Shown here in pieces: positions 46,399 to 58,353 of a DNA stretch of 64,000 nt. The first letter of the stretch is position 1. Each line of letters starts with the position of its first letter. The translations under genes were made by a program, and so were the position numbers. The DNA is from the human T2T-CHM13v2.0 reference genome, Homo sapiens. The stretch lies in the NCBI RefSeq assembly GCF_009914755.1, contig NC_060937.1; one strand, 5' to 3'. Under the pieces are notes generated by a model that saw nothing but the letters and a program-made list of their open reading frames with translations, was not told the origin of the DNA and did no database searches.

Positions 46399-46931
46399 TC
46401 AAGTATAGCGCCCGGGACTTAGAGTCTGGCCATTAATTTTCAATACCACCCTTTCTACTTCTCTGTATGGCAAGGGGTGAGACGTCCATCCTCTGAGACT
46501 CAGCACTCTCATCTGAGTTGATTTCTAGTTGATCCAATGGAAGCGAGCGATGATTAAACCGATCGTGGGTGCCCGCTGCGTGATCTCTGTGTGATGGATG
46601 CGTAAAGTCAAGGCAAAGTGAATTTTAGATACATTCGTTAATATTTTCAGCTTAAATTCCATACGGTTCAACGTAAATATCCCCTGACCTGAAGTTCTGG
46701 TTTCCCTGCATTCCAGACAGGACATTTTCTTTTGTCCTTATCTCAGTAAGTACTGAGTATTGTGAGAGGAACAAGTGAGTCTCTTTTGTTTCTGATTCCC
46801 CAGAGCCTGTATCTTGCTTGGCACATAGGAGATAGCAAAAGTAAACATCTCTGTGAATTATTGAATTGACACTTCCTTGGTTCACAAAAATTGGCTGTCA
46901 TCAGTGTGACGTCAGTGTGACAGAGCATGTG

Positions 46932-47233
<302 letters not shown>

Positions 47234-47928
47234 AAACTTTCTGATGAAAATTCTAAGTCCACCGAAGCTAAGGACAGGAGTTATAGCTTCCATGAATTTT
47301 AAAACAAGACCCACCGATTTGAGTAAGCAATTACTCTCTTGAAGGAGAAAAGTCAGAAAACTTAATGAGGAAATCACTAGGACCTAACTGGCCTGTGGAA
47401 CTATTTTCTGCTTATGAACTATCAACTTTAATTTCATTTCCAGATGGCATGGTCTCAGCAGTTATACAGTGTTTACAGATGTTCTAAATCAAGGGAATTT
47501 GTATCAATCTATTCGAATAAAATAAAATAGTTGAGTTCTTAATTTCCTTTAACTAGGATAACCTTTTTCTTATAGTGAAGAGAATGGTTTTATTACATAG
47601 TTTCCTTTGGTAAAGATAGGCTGTCTTTTCTAGCAGTTAGGAATTTCTTATATATGATGATCTGGTTCTTGGAACATTCTTGAATCTAGTGTCTCTGAGG
47701 CAGGTGTGTACAGCAAGAAGTGAAGAACACAGAAATCAATGATGAAAGCATTAGAAGACAATTGAGTTTGTCAGAACTGCAAAATATTGCTGAGTGTGGA
47801 TTGCTCTGAAATCTGAAAACATTACTTGTGAATTGCTTCTATCCAAAATGCAGACACGATGCTGGGTGTTGGTTTACTTGTTTCTGATTTCTCAACCCTC
47901 TTTTCTAGGCAAAAGGTGTCCAATCTCT

Positions 47929-48867
47929 ACAGACCCACAGAATCTAACAGATGTCTCTATATTCCTCCTCCTAGAACCTCAGAGGATCCAGAATGACAGC
48001 CGGTCCTCGCTGGGCTGTTCCTGTCCATGTGCCTGGTCACGGTGCTGGGGAACCTGCTCATCATCCTGGCCGTCAGCCCTGACTCCCACCTCCACACCCC
48101 CATGTACGTCTTCTTCTCCAACCTGTCCTTGCCTGACATCGGTTTCACCTCCACCACGGTCCCCAAGATGATTGTGGACATCCAGTCTCACAGCAGAGTC
48201 ATCTCCTATGCAGGCTGCCTGACTCAGATGTCTCTCTTTGCCATTTTTGGAGGCATGGAAGAGAGACATGTTCCTGAGTGTGATGGCCTATGACCGGTTT
48301 GTAGCCATCTGTCACCCTCTATATCATTCAGCCATCATGAACCCGTGTTTCTGTGGCTTTCTAGTTTTGTTGTCTTTTTTTTTTTCTCTCAGTCTTTTAG
48401 ACGTCCAGCTGCGCAACTTGATTGCCTTACAAATGACCTGCTTCAAGGATGTGGAAATTCCTAATTTCTTCTGTGACCCTTCTCAACTCCCCCATCTTGC
48501 ATGTTGTGACACCTTCACCAATAACATAATCCTGTATTTCCCTGCTGCCATATTTGGTTTTCTTCCCATCTTGGGGACCCTTTTCTCTTACTATAAAATT
48601 GTTTTCTCCATTCTGAGGGTTTCATCATCTGGTGGGAAGTATAAGGCCTTCTCCACCTGTGTGTCTCACCTGTCAGTGGTTTGCTGATTTTATGGAACAG
48701 GCGTTGGAGGGTACCTCAGTTCAGATGTGTCATCTTCCCCGAGAAAGGCTGCAGTGGCCTCAGTGATGTACACGGTGGTCACCCCCATGCTGAACCCCTT
48801 CATCTACAGCCTGAGAAACAGGGATATTAAAAGTGTCCTGCGGCGGCCGCACGGCAGCACGGTCTAA
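47929..48867 (+). pseudogene. Olfactory receptor family 7 subfamily E pseudogene (copy 2)
   Basis: Motifs [35 protein letters not shown] and [12 protein letters not shown]. Start codon ACA (TDPQNLT). Frameshifts near 47975 and 48260; premature TGA 48685-48687; terminal TAA 48865-48867. Possibly OR7E33P from memory; unverified. Confidence 0.95.
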
Positions 48868-48937
48868 TCTTGATATCTTCTTATCTGTTCCATTCCTTTT
48901 GTAGTGTGGGTTAAAAAAGGCAGCAAGGTCAAATAAG

Positions 48938-51900
48938 AATGATATCACAGGGTGAACACCCACTGTGATATTAGAGTAATACCTCCCTAGGATATAGAAT
49001 ATACTGTCACAGAGTATACACACATGGGGTACACCCACTGTGATATTAGAAGGAATATCTCCCTAAAGTATGATGAAAAATATCACAGGGTGTGCACACT
49101 GTGTGATATGAGGAGTAATATTTACCCTGCATATTACGACTAATATCAAGGGTGTACACACACGGGGTACACGCACTGTGATACCAGGAGTTGTATCTCC
49201 CTAGGATATTATGAATACTATCACAGGGTATACACTATGTGCATACATCCACTGTGATATTTGAAGTAATATCTCTCTATGAGATTATAAATAACATCAA
49301 AGCGTGTACACCCCTGTGACATATTAGGAGTAACATCCTTCCAGGGTATTACAGATAATGTCACAACGTGTACACCTTCTGTGATGTTTTGTACACTCTT
49401 TGTGACATTAAGAGAAACATCCCCTTTGGATATTATGAATAATGACACAGGAGGGGTACACACATGGTGTACACTGCCTGTGTCATCAGGAGTAACATTC
49501 CCCTAGGATATTACGAATAATATCACAGCAGGTGTACACACATGGTGTACACTCCATGTGACATTCGGAAGAGCATGCCCCTAGGATATTAGGAATAGTA
49601 TCACAGGCGTTGAATACCCATTTTTAATGCATAATGTCACCCCCGGTGACATTAAAAATAACATCCCCCTTGGATATTACGAATAATATGACAGGGAGTA
49701 CACCCCGTGTGACATTAAGAGTAACATCCCCCGAGGATATAACGAATAATATCAGAGGGTGTCCATGCATTGTGACCTTAGTAGTAACATCTCTTAAGGA
49801 TATTACAAATAATATCACAGGGCGTACAGGCATTGTGACATTAGTAGTAACATCCTGCTGGGATATGACGAGTCATATCACAGGGTGTACATACCCGTGA
49901 CAATAGTAGCAACATTCCCCTAGAATATTAGGAATAATATCACAGGAGGTACAGCCCCTGTGATTTACGAGTAGCATGTCTATAGAATATTACAACTCAT
50001 ATCAGTGTGTGACTCTGTGTACACCCTGTGTGACTTTAGGAGTAACATCCCACAAAACTATGATGAAAAATATCACAGGGTGAACACCCCTAACATAGTT
50101 TTAGGATATCGTGAATGATGTGACAAGGTGTACACACCCTGTGACATTAGGAGCAATATCCGTCTAGGATGTTAGGAAGAATATCACATGGAACACACCT
50201 CCTGTGACATTAGGATATGACAAATAATATCACAGGGTGTACACACATCGTGACATTAGTGCTAATATCCCTCTGGTACACTATGAATAATATCACAGGG
50301 TGTACATCCCTGTGACATTAGGAGTAACATCCCCCTAGAATAGTAAGAATAATAACATGGGGTGTACACCCCCTGTGACATGAGGAGTATCATCTCCCTA
50401 GAATATTACAAATAATGTCACAGGGTGTTATCGTCTGTGCCAATAGGAGTATAGACCCCTGGGAAATTATGAATACTATCACAGGGTGTACAGCCCTGTG
50501 ACATTAGGAGTAATATCTCTCTGGAATATCATGAATAACATCACAATGTGTACACCCCCTGTGTCATTAAAAGTAAAATTGCCCTAGGATATTACGAAAT
50601 AGAACACAGGGAGGACACCCCGTGTGACATTAGAAGTAACATCCCCCGAGGATATAACGAATAAGATCAGAGAATGCACCTGCATTGGGACATCAGTAGT
50701 AACATCTCTTCAGGACAATACGAATAATATCAAAGGGTGTACACGCATTGTGAAATTAGTAGTGAACTCCCGCTAGGATATTAGGAATTTTATCACAGGG
50801 TCTACATGCCCTGTGACATTAGCAGTAATGTTTTCCTAGAAGATTACGAAGAATATTAAAGGGTGTACAGGACCTGTGAATTACGAGTAACATTTCCATA
50901 GCATATTGCATGTAACATCACTGTGTGTACACGCCGTGTGACATTAGGGGTAACACCCCACAAAATTATAACGAATAATTTCACAAGGGTGCACCCTCTG
51001 TGACATTAAAAGTAACATTTCCCTAGAATATGACGACAATATCACAGAGTGTACACCCTCTGTGATAGGAGGAGTGACATCTTATGAGGATAACACGAGT
51101 AATTTGACAAGGTGTACAAACCCTGTGACATAAGGAGTGACATCCCTCTAGGACATTATGAATAATATCAAAAGGAACATACCCCGTGTGACAATAAAAG
51201 CAACCTCCCCTTAGGAGAATAACACCACAGGGTGTACACACAATGTGACATTATTATGAAGGTAAAGCTAGGCTATTGGGAAAAACATCACAGCGTACAG
51301 AATCCTGTGACATCAGGTTTAACATTCCCCTACAAAATTGCGAATAATATTGAAGGGTGTACAACCCCTGCTACTTTAGCAGCCGCATCTTGCTAGAATA
51401 TGGAAGGTAATGTCCCAGGGTGTGAACCGAGGGTGGCAGTATAGAAAGGATCCTAGGAAAAATAGGGGAGTAATATCACCCGCCTCTCGCCCCCTGGATA
51501 TTACGGTCCACATCGCAGGGGGGCGGGCGACCCAAGCGATGCGGGGAGTCATAACACCCCCCACTCCCCCCCTGGATATTACGATCCACATCTCAGGGGG
51601 GCGGGCGCCCCCGCCCCATGCGGGGAGTAATATCACCCTCCTCTCCCCCCAGGATATGACAATCCACAACGCAGGGCGATAGGCGCCCCCCGCGACGCGG
51701 GGAGTCATATCACCCCCCTCTCGCCCCCTGGATATGACGATCCACATCGCAGGAGTGTGAGGCACCCCCCGCGATGCGGGGAGTAAGAGACAGCCCCTCT
51801 TCCCCCCTGGATATGAAGATCCACATAGCAGGGGGGTGAGGCACCCCCCGTGATGCGGGGAGTAAGAGCCAGACCCTCTCCCCCTCTGGTTTTTAGGATC

Positions 51901-53325
51901 CGCGGTGGACTCTCAGCCTGTTTACCATATTGTGAGTAAGATCATCTCCCCCTCTGGAGATTATGAACTGTTTCACAGACGGGTGTACTCCCGTCTGTAT
52001 TGGGAGTAATATCATCCTCTTCCTCCCTGAATATTAAGAACAGTGTCACAGGGGTGTTTCTACTCCCTGGGATATCGCGTGTCATATCCTCCTCTCCCAC
52101 GTTGCAATTAGAGACAATATCAGTGGGGGCGTGTCCACCTTCTGCGATATTGAAAGTAATATCATGCTCTTCCCTCCAGGATCATGTGAACAATATCCAT
52201 GGGGGGTGTCCACTTTCTGCCACATATGTAGTCATATCACCCCCTCTGCCTTGGAATATTATTAAGGACCATCTCACACGGGGGTGTACACTTCCTGCAA
52301 TATTGGGAGTACTATCAACCTCTCGGCCTCTGAATATTAGGAAGAATATCACAGGGTGGGTGTACACCTCCTGCTCTATTATGGGAAGTCATATCTATCT
52401 ATTATGGGGAGTAATATCATCCTCTCCCTTTCAGGATATTAATAACAATTTCACAGGCTGGGTGAACACAGCCTGCGATGCTGGAATTATTATCATCCTC
52501 TCCCCCTCGGGATACTAGGAACAATATCACAGAAGAGGTGTACACTCCCTGCGATATTGGGAGTAGTATCATACGCTTCTTCCGTGTATATTAGGAGCAA
52601 TATCACCGGGTGGCTGTACCTTGATTGCTATGTTGGCAGTCATGTCATACTCTACCCGCTGGGTATTATGATCGGTGTCACAGGGTGAGTGTACACCTAC
52701 TGCGATATGAAAACTATTACAATGCTCTCGATCCCTGGATATTAGGAACAATATCACAGGTAGGTGTACACCCCCTGCAGTATTAGCAGTAATAATATTA
52801 TGAATTATTAAACATCAGTCTTAGTAATAATCAATGGTAATATTAATAGCATAACGTTATTAATCATTAATGATTATTTTCAAGATATGATTATGCATGA
52901 TTAAAATTAATTATTAATATTAATGTCACTTTTAATATTAGTTATTAATCTTAATATTAATTATTTTTTTATTACCAACATCACTTATGATTGATTGAAG
53001 TAACATTAATTACTGATATCATTATTTTATTATTAATAGTGATATTGCTATTAATTATTAATAGTAACCATTAATATTTTTCATCCGTACTGTTTTACTG
53101 TCTCTACTGTAATTATTAATATCTATGATTACTATTAATTATTATATCTATTAATATTAATAATTAATATAACTGTTCCCGATATCCGTGGGGGAGAGGA
53201 TATTACTCCCAATATCGCAGAAAGTGTACACCCCTCTATGATGTTACTCCTAATAGCCAGGGGGTAGAGGATGACATTATTGAAAATAGCGCAGTGGGTG
53301 TACATCCCTTCAGTCATCTTGTTCC
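48938..53325. repeat. SATR1/SATR2 satellite array (~60-65-bp monomers)
   Basis: Recurrent 'gatattaggaataatatcacagggtgtacaccctgtgacattaggagtaacatccccctag'; GC-rich subarray at 51470-51890; AT-rich island at 52790-53170. Confidence 0.9.
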
Positions 53326-54544
53326 TAGATGGTTCCTAAAATTAGGAATATTATTTTAATGCTATGATTCTAGCATTACTAGAATCATATTGGACACAAG
53401 CAGGGCCTGGACTTAGGCTGAGAAAAATGCCCCCTATGCTGTTTGACAGGGCACCCTGACGTCATGTTCTCTAGGACTTCTGACATATTGAGTCTTCTGG
53501 ATCCTCCACTTCTTTTTTGGATCATTTTGTTTATTTCTTTGACCAAACAGATACTCGATAATTTCCAAGGATTCCATGCTCATTATCACTCTCCATAGGA
53601 CACAACATTTCTTTACAAAAAAAAAAAAAAAAAAAGAGGAGTGGTTGGCTACCACAAATTTCTGGTTAGTAATAATTATCTAACTGAACTTTGCTATTTT
53701 GCTTTCCAGTGTAGTCACTTATGCCACTCTTTCTTGAGTGACCCTATTTACCAACCATCAGGACACTCCAAAACCTCTCTTAAAAACCTTTTTTTTTTCA
53801 GTTCCCCTTTCTAACTTTGTTTATGGACTTTCGTGTTTTCACTGTTCACCTGTACTACAAATGAGCTTTGTAATTCCTTGAACATTTTAATTTGAATAAC
53901 CTTTACATCCTCTACATTTTAGTTTCATGCCTACATATAAACTATCTATCTGATTTACCTCTTCAATAAAAAACAGACTCTTCTAAAATGCAGTGCACAT
54001 CTGATGTCTGCACAGTTCAAAGCAAAGGCATGCAGACTTGAAATTTTGTTTTAACTCTATAGGTTTTCTGTAAGAACAAGACATAGAGTGCCTTTGTTTT
54101 ATATCATTAATGCACACATAAAATGCTTTCCTTATCTTTTCTTCACCTGATACCAAAAGCATATAAGCTCTTTCTTAAAAAGAGCATATAAAGAAAAGAA
54201 TATGTTTAAAAACTACAAATTCTCATCCACTAGTAAAAACTTAAGAATTAGTTTTTTAAAAGAGACTACACAGACAAAATTAGTGCCTTTCATGGTCCGT
54301 CATGCCTTTCTTGGAAATGTATCCCTTCTATATTTTATTTCATGCTTTAGAGGTTGACACCATATAGGACTGTCAACTCTTGAAGCTCTGATTATTGCAA
54401 TAATGTTTAATGAGTCCAAACACAATTTCTGTATCCTGTAATATATTCTGAACACTACAGCTTTTGTAACTTCCTAAAATAACCATGATCATGTAATTTC
54501 CTTGCGAAAATATCTATAAAAATTTCTAATAAATTAAGTTTTTG

Positions 54545-55010
54545 TCACTTATTCATTGAATAAATATTTGATGCTTACTAAGGTCTATTCTGTACTGTAG
54601 GTCACATGGATACAGTAATAAATAAAACGTAAAATGTCTCTGGTGTCATGAACCTTAAATTCTAATTTTACTAAGTACAGAGTAATATGATGGAAAGTGA
54701 TAGGTGAAGGGTACTTTCTTTGACCAAAGAAAGGCCCTCTAAGCTGTTGACATGCTAGTTAATTTATCTAGGGAGACAGCCAGGAAAACGAATGGAAGCA
54801 GCATATTGTAGACAACATGCAAAAAGTAGGGTCGAGATGCTAGGGCAAAAACAGAGATGATCTTTCCAGCCCTAGAACATACAGAGGAGACTGGCAAAAG
54901 ATGATGTAAAAAAGGGAAGGCAGGGCCAGATCGTGTTGGAATTTCAGGCTGTAGAAAAGGCTTTGAATTTCATTCAAAGTGCAATATGATTCATTCTAAG
55001 TGCAATGTAA
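54545..55010 (-). mobile_element. L2 fragment
   Basis: 'tcacttattcattgaataaatatttgatgcttacta...ggcagggccagatcgtg...ggctttgaatttcattc'. Confidence 0.65.
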
Positions 55011-56600
55011 TTTCAATATGATATTAGGATTTTTTAAAAATTCCAACATACAGATGCTCACTTTGAACAACTTTTATGGAAAAAAGGGAAATTTCATGGA
55101 ATATTATTAGAATATCTCACAAAACTTAAGGCTAGCAATGGAGCTGTGTCTCAGGAACAAAAACATAGATTAGAGACTTAACTGTGAATAGATGATTTCC
55201 ACTTTATCTTTGCCTCTTTCAGTGTGTCTGCTTCCTTATTTTCTCTTTTTCTGGAACAGATTTTCTTTTATCCCCCTGAAACATAGTCATCAACAACTCC
55301 CAAGTGGCACCATAGTTACAAACAATACTAACATATAACTCTTCTACCCATGCTTCTCCCCTGACTCAACCTCTCTCTTGTCTCCCTCTTCTCTATCTGT
55401 CTCTGTCTTCATCTCTCTCCCTCTCTCTCAGTTGCTTCTAAAATTTACAGCTAGGTCATAATTGCACAACTGTGTACATCGAAAAAGCAATCAGTGAAGA
55501 AAACATTGTAAACAGAAGTCCTGTGTTTGAACATCCAGAAATTTATGAAAATAGGGAAGAAGATAACAATAAATAAATAGCTACATATTTTAATAATGAC
55601 ATGATTTCTAAGCACTTATAATTTTATTTGTTTTCCTCTAAGAAATAGTGTCAAGTGGACAAGAAATGAGTTATTGTACCAATTTTAGAGATAAGCTGAA
55701 AATTAAACAGGTAATATTCTTCTTAAAGTTAACAGGTAACTAAGAGTTGTCTGGGAGATGAATTCTATTTTAGAGACAAAGTCTTCTTCATATCCGTGTA
55801 TCTAATGCAATCCATAGGATTAAATTAAGTTTTTTATATGAGCTTTCAAGGCCCTCCATAGTTCTTTCCAAAATGATTCCTACATGAACCAGACATGCAA
55901 TTTTTAGTGTGTTATTCAGGGGCTCTTGAGGAACCCTACACTCTACATCTACACCAGGATCTATTTACTCAGGCTTGTAGTCATGTTTATTTTAAGGAAC
56001 ACTTAGTATACGTCTTCTTGATAATGAATTTTTATCCACATATGACTCAGTACCATTAATCTGATAAAATTTGCCAAATTTTAACTTTATACAAACTTAA
56101 AACTGTATCCTCAGGCTTCCCCCCTAGGGATTACAAGAGTCTAAGATCCTCATATTATTTGTATACATTCTCCAAGCACTTTTCTTTAACCAAAATATGG
56201 CTATTCCATAATGATGCTATTTCCCAAGAGACACAAAAGTAGAAGATATTTAGCTCTCTGACACAATATAATTTTGGAACAGGAGGTAGAATAGCTGCCA
56301 TTCTTCATTAGAAATATTTGTCACTGGTTCACAGCCTTTCTATGATATCTCTTATCCTCATTATTGGCGACTTCAGCATCTATATTAATGGACCCTTGGA
56401 AGAATATTTGTATCTATCTTCTTCTCTCCACTACCTTGTTTTGGTGACCATCACTCTAATCAGTTTCTCAACTTCCTTGTTTCGCCCCTCCAGTTCATCC
56501 GTTCCACACAGATCAACATGAATATTCCTTTTATGTCCCAAATAAGATCATATAAATATCCTTCTTAAAATCTATACATAATCTTTTACTCAGAACAATA

Positions 56601-57888
56601 TAGCAGATTCTCAAATGTTGTCATTTCATTATAACATAGATGAGATATATACCCAAAGGAAAATCAATTATTCTACCTAAAAGACACCTGAATTTGTATG
56701 TTTATTATAGCAGTATTCACATTAGCAAAGACATGGAATCAACCTATGTGCCTAACAGTGGAAGACTGGATAAAGAAAATGTCGTAATATACGCTGTAGA
56801 ATACCACACAGCCATAAAAAAGAACAAAATTACCTCATTTGCAGCCATTATCCTAAGCGAATTAATGCAGAAATGGAAAACTAAATGTCATGTGTACTCA
56901 CTTATAAGTGGGAGCTAAACATTGGCTACACAGGAAAATAAAGAAAAGTAACTGTAAAGACCTTGGAGCAGGAAGAAGATATGGCATTATCCAGAGAATG
57001 TCAGAGGGTTTTTAAGACAAGAAAATATAGAGATTATGGAGAGGACTGTAAAGGGCATCAGACCGTCTTTGGAGGTTTGATCCACCAGGACTTGCAGACA
57101 GTAGCAACCAAAGACCTTGCAGCAGGAAGAAAATGGAAACAACAAACAGTGAAGATTTCAAAAGAAGGGAGAGAGGGGGACAAGGGTGGAAAAACTTTTT
57201 ATTGGGTACTATTTTCACTATTTGGGTGATGGGGTCAATAGAAGCCTGAACCTCAGCATGACACAACATAACCTTGTAACAACCCTGCACATGTATCCCC
57301 TGGATCTAAAATAAGAAAAGAAAAGAAAAAATAATAACATTGATCAGAATAAATAAATCTATTCCCAGCAGGGGCCATTGTGTGGAGTCTTGACATTCTT
57401 TCCGTGTCTGCCTGGGTTTTCTCCTCAGGTATTCTCTTTTCCTCTCACATATTAAAGATGTGCATGTCAGGCTGGTTAGTGTGTCCAAGGTACCCCAGTC
57501 TGAGTGGGTGTGGGTGCGTGTGTCAATGTGCTCTGCCATGGCCTCCTGTGCAGCGTGGATTCCCGTCTTGTCCTCTGAGCTCTCCAGATAGACTTGGACA
57601 CCTGCAACCCTGAACCGCAACTAACACGTGGGTAATTACCTTACTTGTTTTTATTATTCTTTCTCAAATGTATTTATAGCTCACATTTATTTCAATGTTC
57701 AATATTAGACATGTTTTGGGTCTTTATTTAGAAGTTTGGTGATGTATTTGTGACCAGAAATACGCCATAGGAACTTAACTCTTGCTTATATCAATTAGCC
57801 TATCGTAAAATTGGTTTCATTAGACATTGCTTCACTCAAAGTCATAGTTTTCAAGAACCTATCAAAGACGTTAGGTGTGGACTTACTG
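56601..57888. mobile_element. MER6A (TcMar-Tigger) split by an L1 insertion (56601-56645 and 57334-57888)
   Basis: 5' 'tagcagattctc...ataacatagatgaga'; body 'gtgtctgcctgggttttctcc'; 3' 'gacgttaggtgtggacttactg'. Confidence 0.8.
56646..57333 (+). mobile_element. L1PB/L1MA-type 3' fragment containing a non-L1 insert
   Basis: L1 3' motifs and A tail; 15-bp TSD ATAACATAGATGAGA (56631-56645) / ATAACATTGATCAGA (57334-57348). Confidence 0.88.
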
Positions 57889-58353
57889 CATCTAACTCCG
57901 TGCTTTATTTATACAAAGCCTAGCAAGTCCTGGTGGATCAAACCTCCAAAGATGGTCTGATGCCCCTTACGGTCCTCTCCATTATCTCTATATTTTCTTG
58001 TCTTAAAAGCCTGCTGACATTCTCTCAATAATGCCATATTTTCTTCCTGCTCCAATGTCTTTACAGTAACTTTTCTCTCTGTCTTTTAAATACAAAATAT
58101 AGTTCCCCTAGATTCCCCTAGATAGAGATATCGGTTAAGATAATCTTATCACCTTTCAACTTAAATGCCAGCCCTAGAAAGGACTTCCTAGCGAATAAGT
58201 TCCTTTTTATAAGTATTTTTATAACACCATGTTAATGTATTAGTTTCAATCTGTTGTAAACTGGCATAAGGCAAAGAGGCATTGAAATATTGCTTATCAT
58301 TAATATCATTATTATTTAATAGAGGAAAATGAGGGATATACATGTCCTCTTTC

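Noticed and set aside
46907-46914. Full CRE palindrome TGACGTCA (also 53457-53464)
   Set aside because: An 8-mer is expected by chance in 64 kb; this one arises from a short tandem duplication and has no promoter context
49221-52757. ORFs in the satellite (up to 172 aa)
   Set aside because: Translations of repeated monomers (NITG/VTL motifs) with no coding evidence
48938-53325. Palindromic repeat-plus-spacer pattern resembling a CRISPR array
   Set aside because: Spacers are themselves homologous to each other, there are no cas genes, and the context is primate; it is SATR satellite
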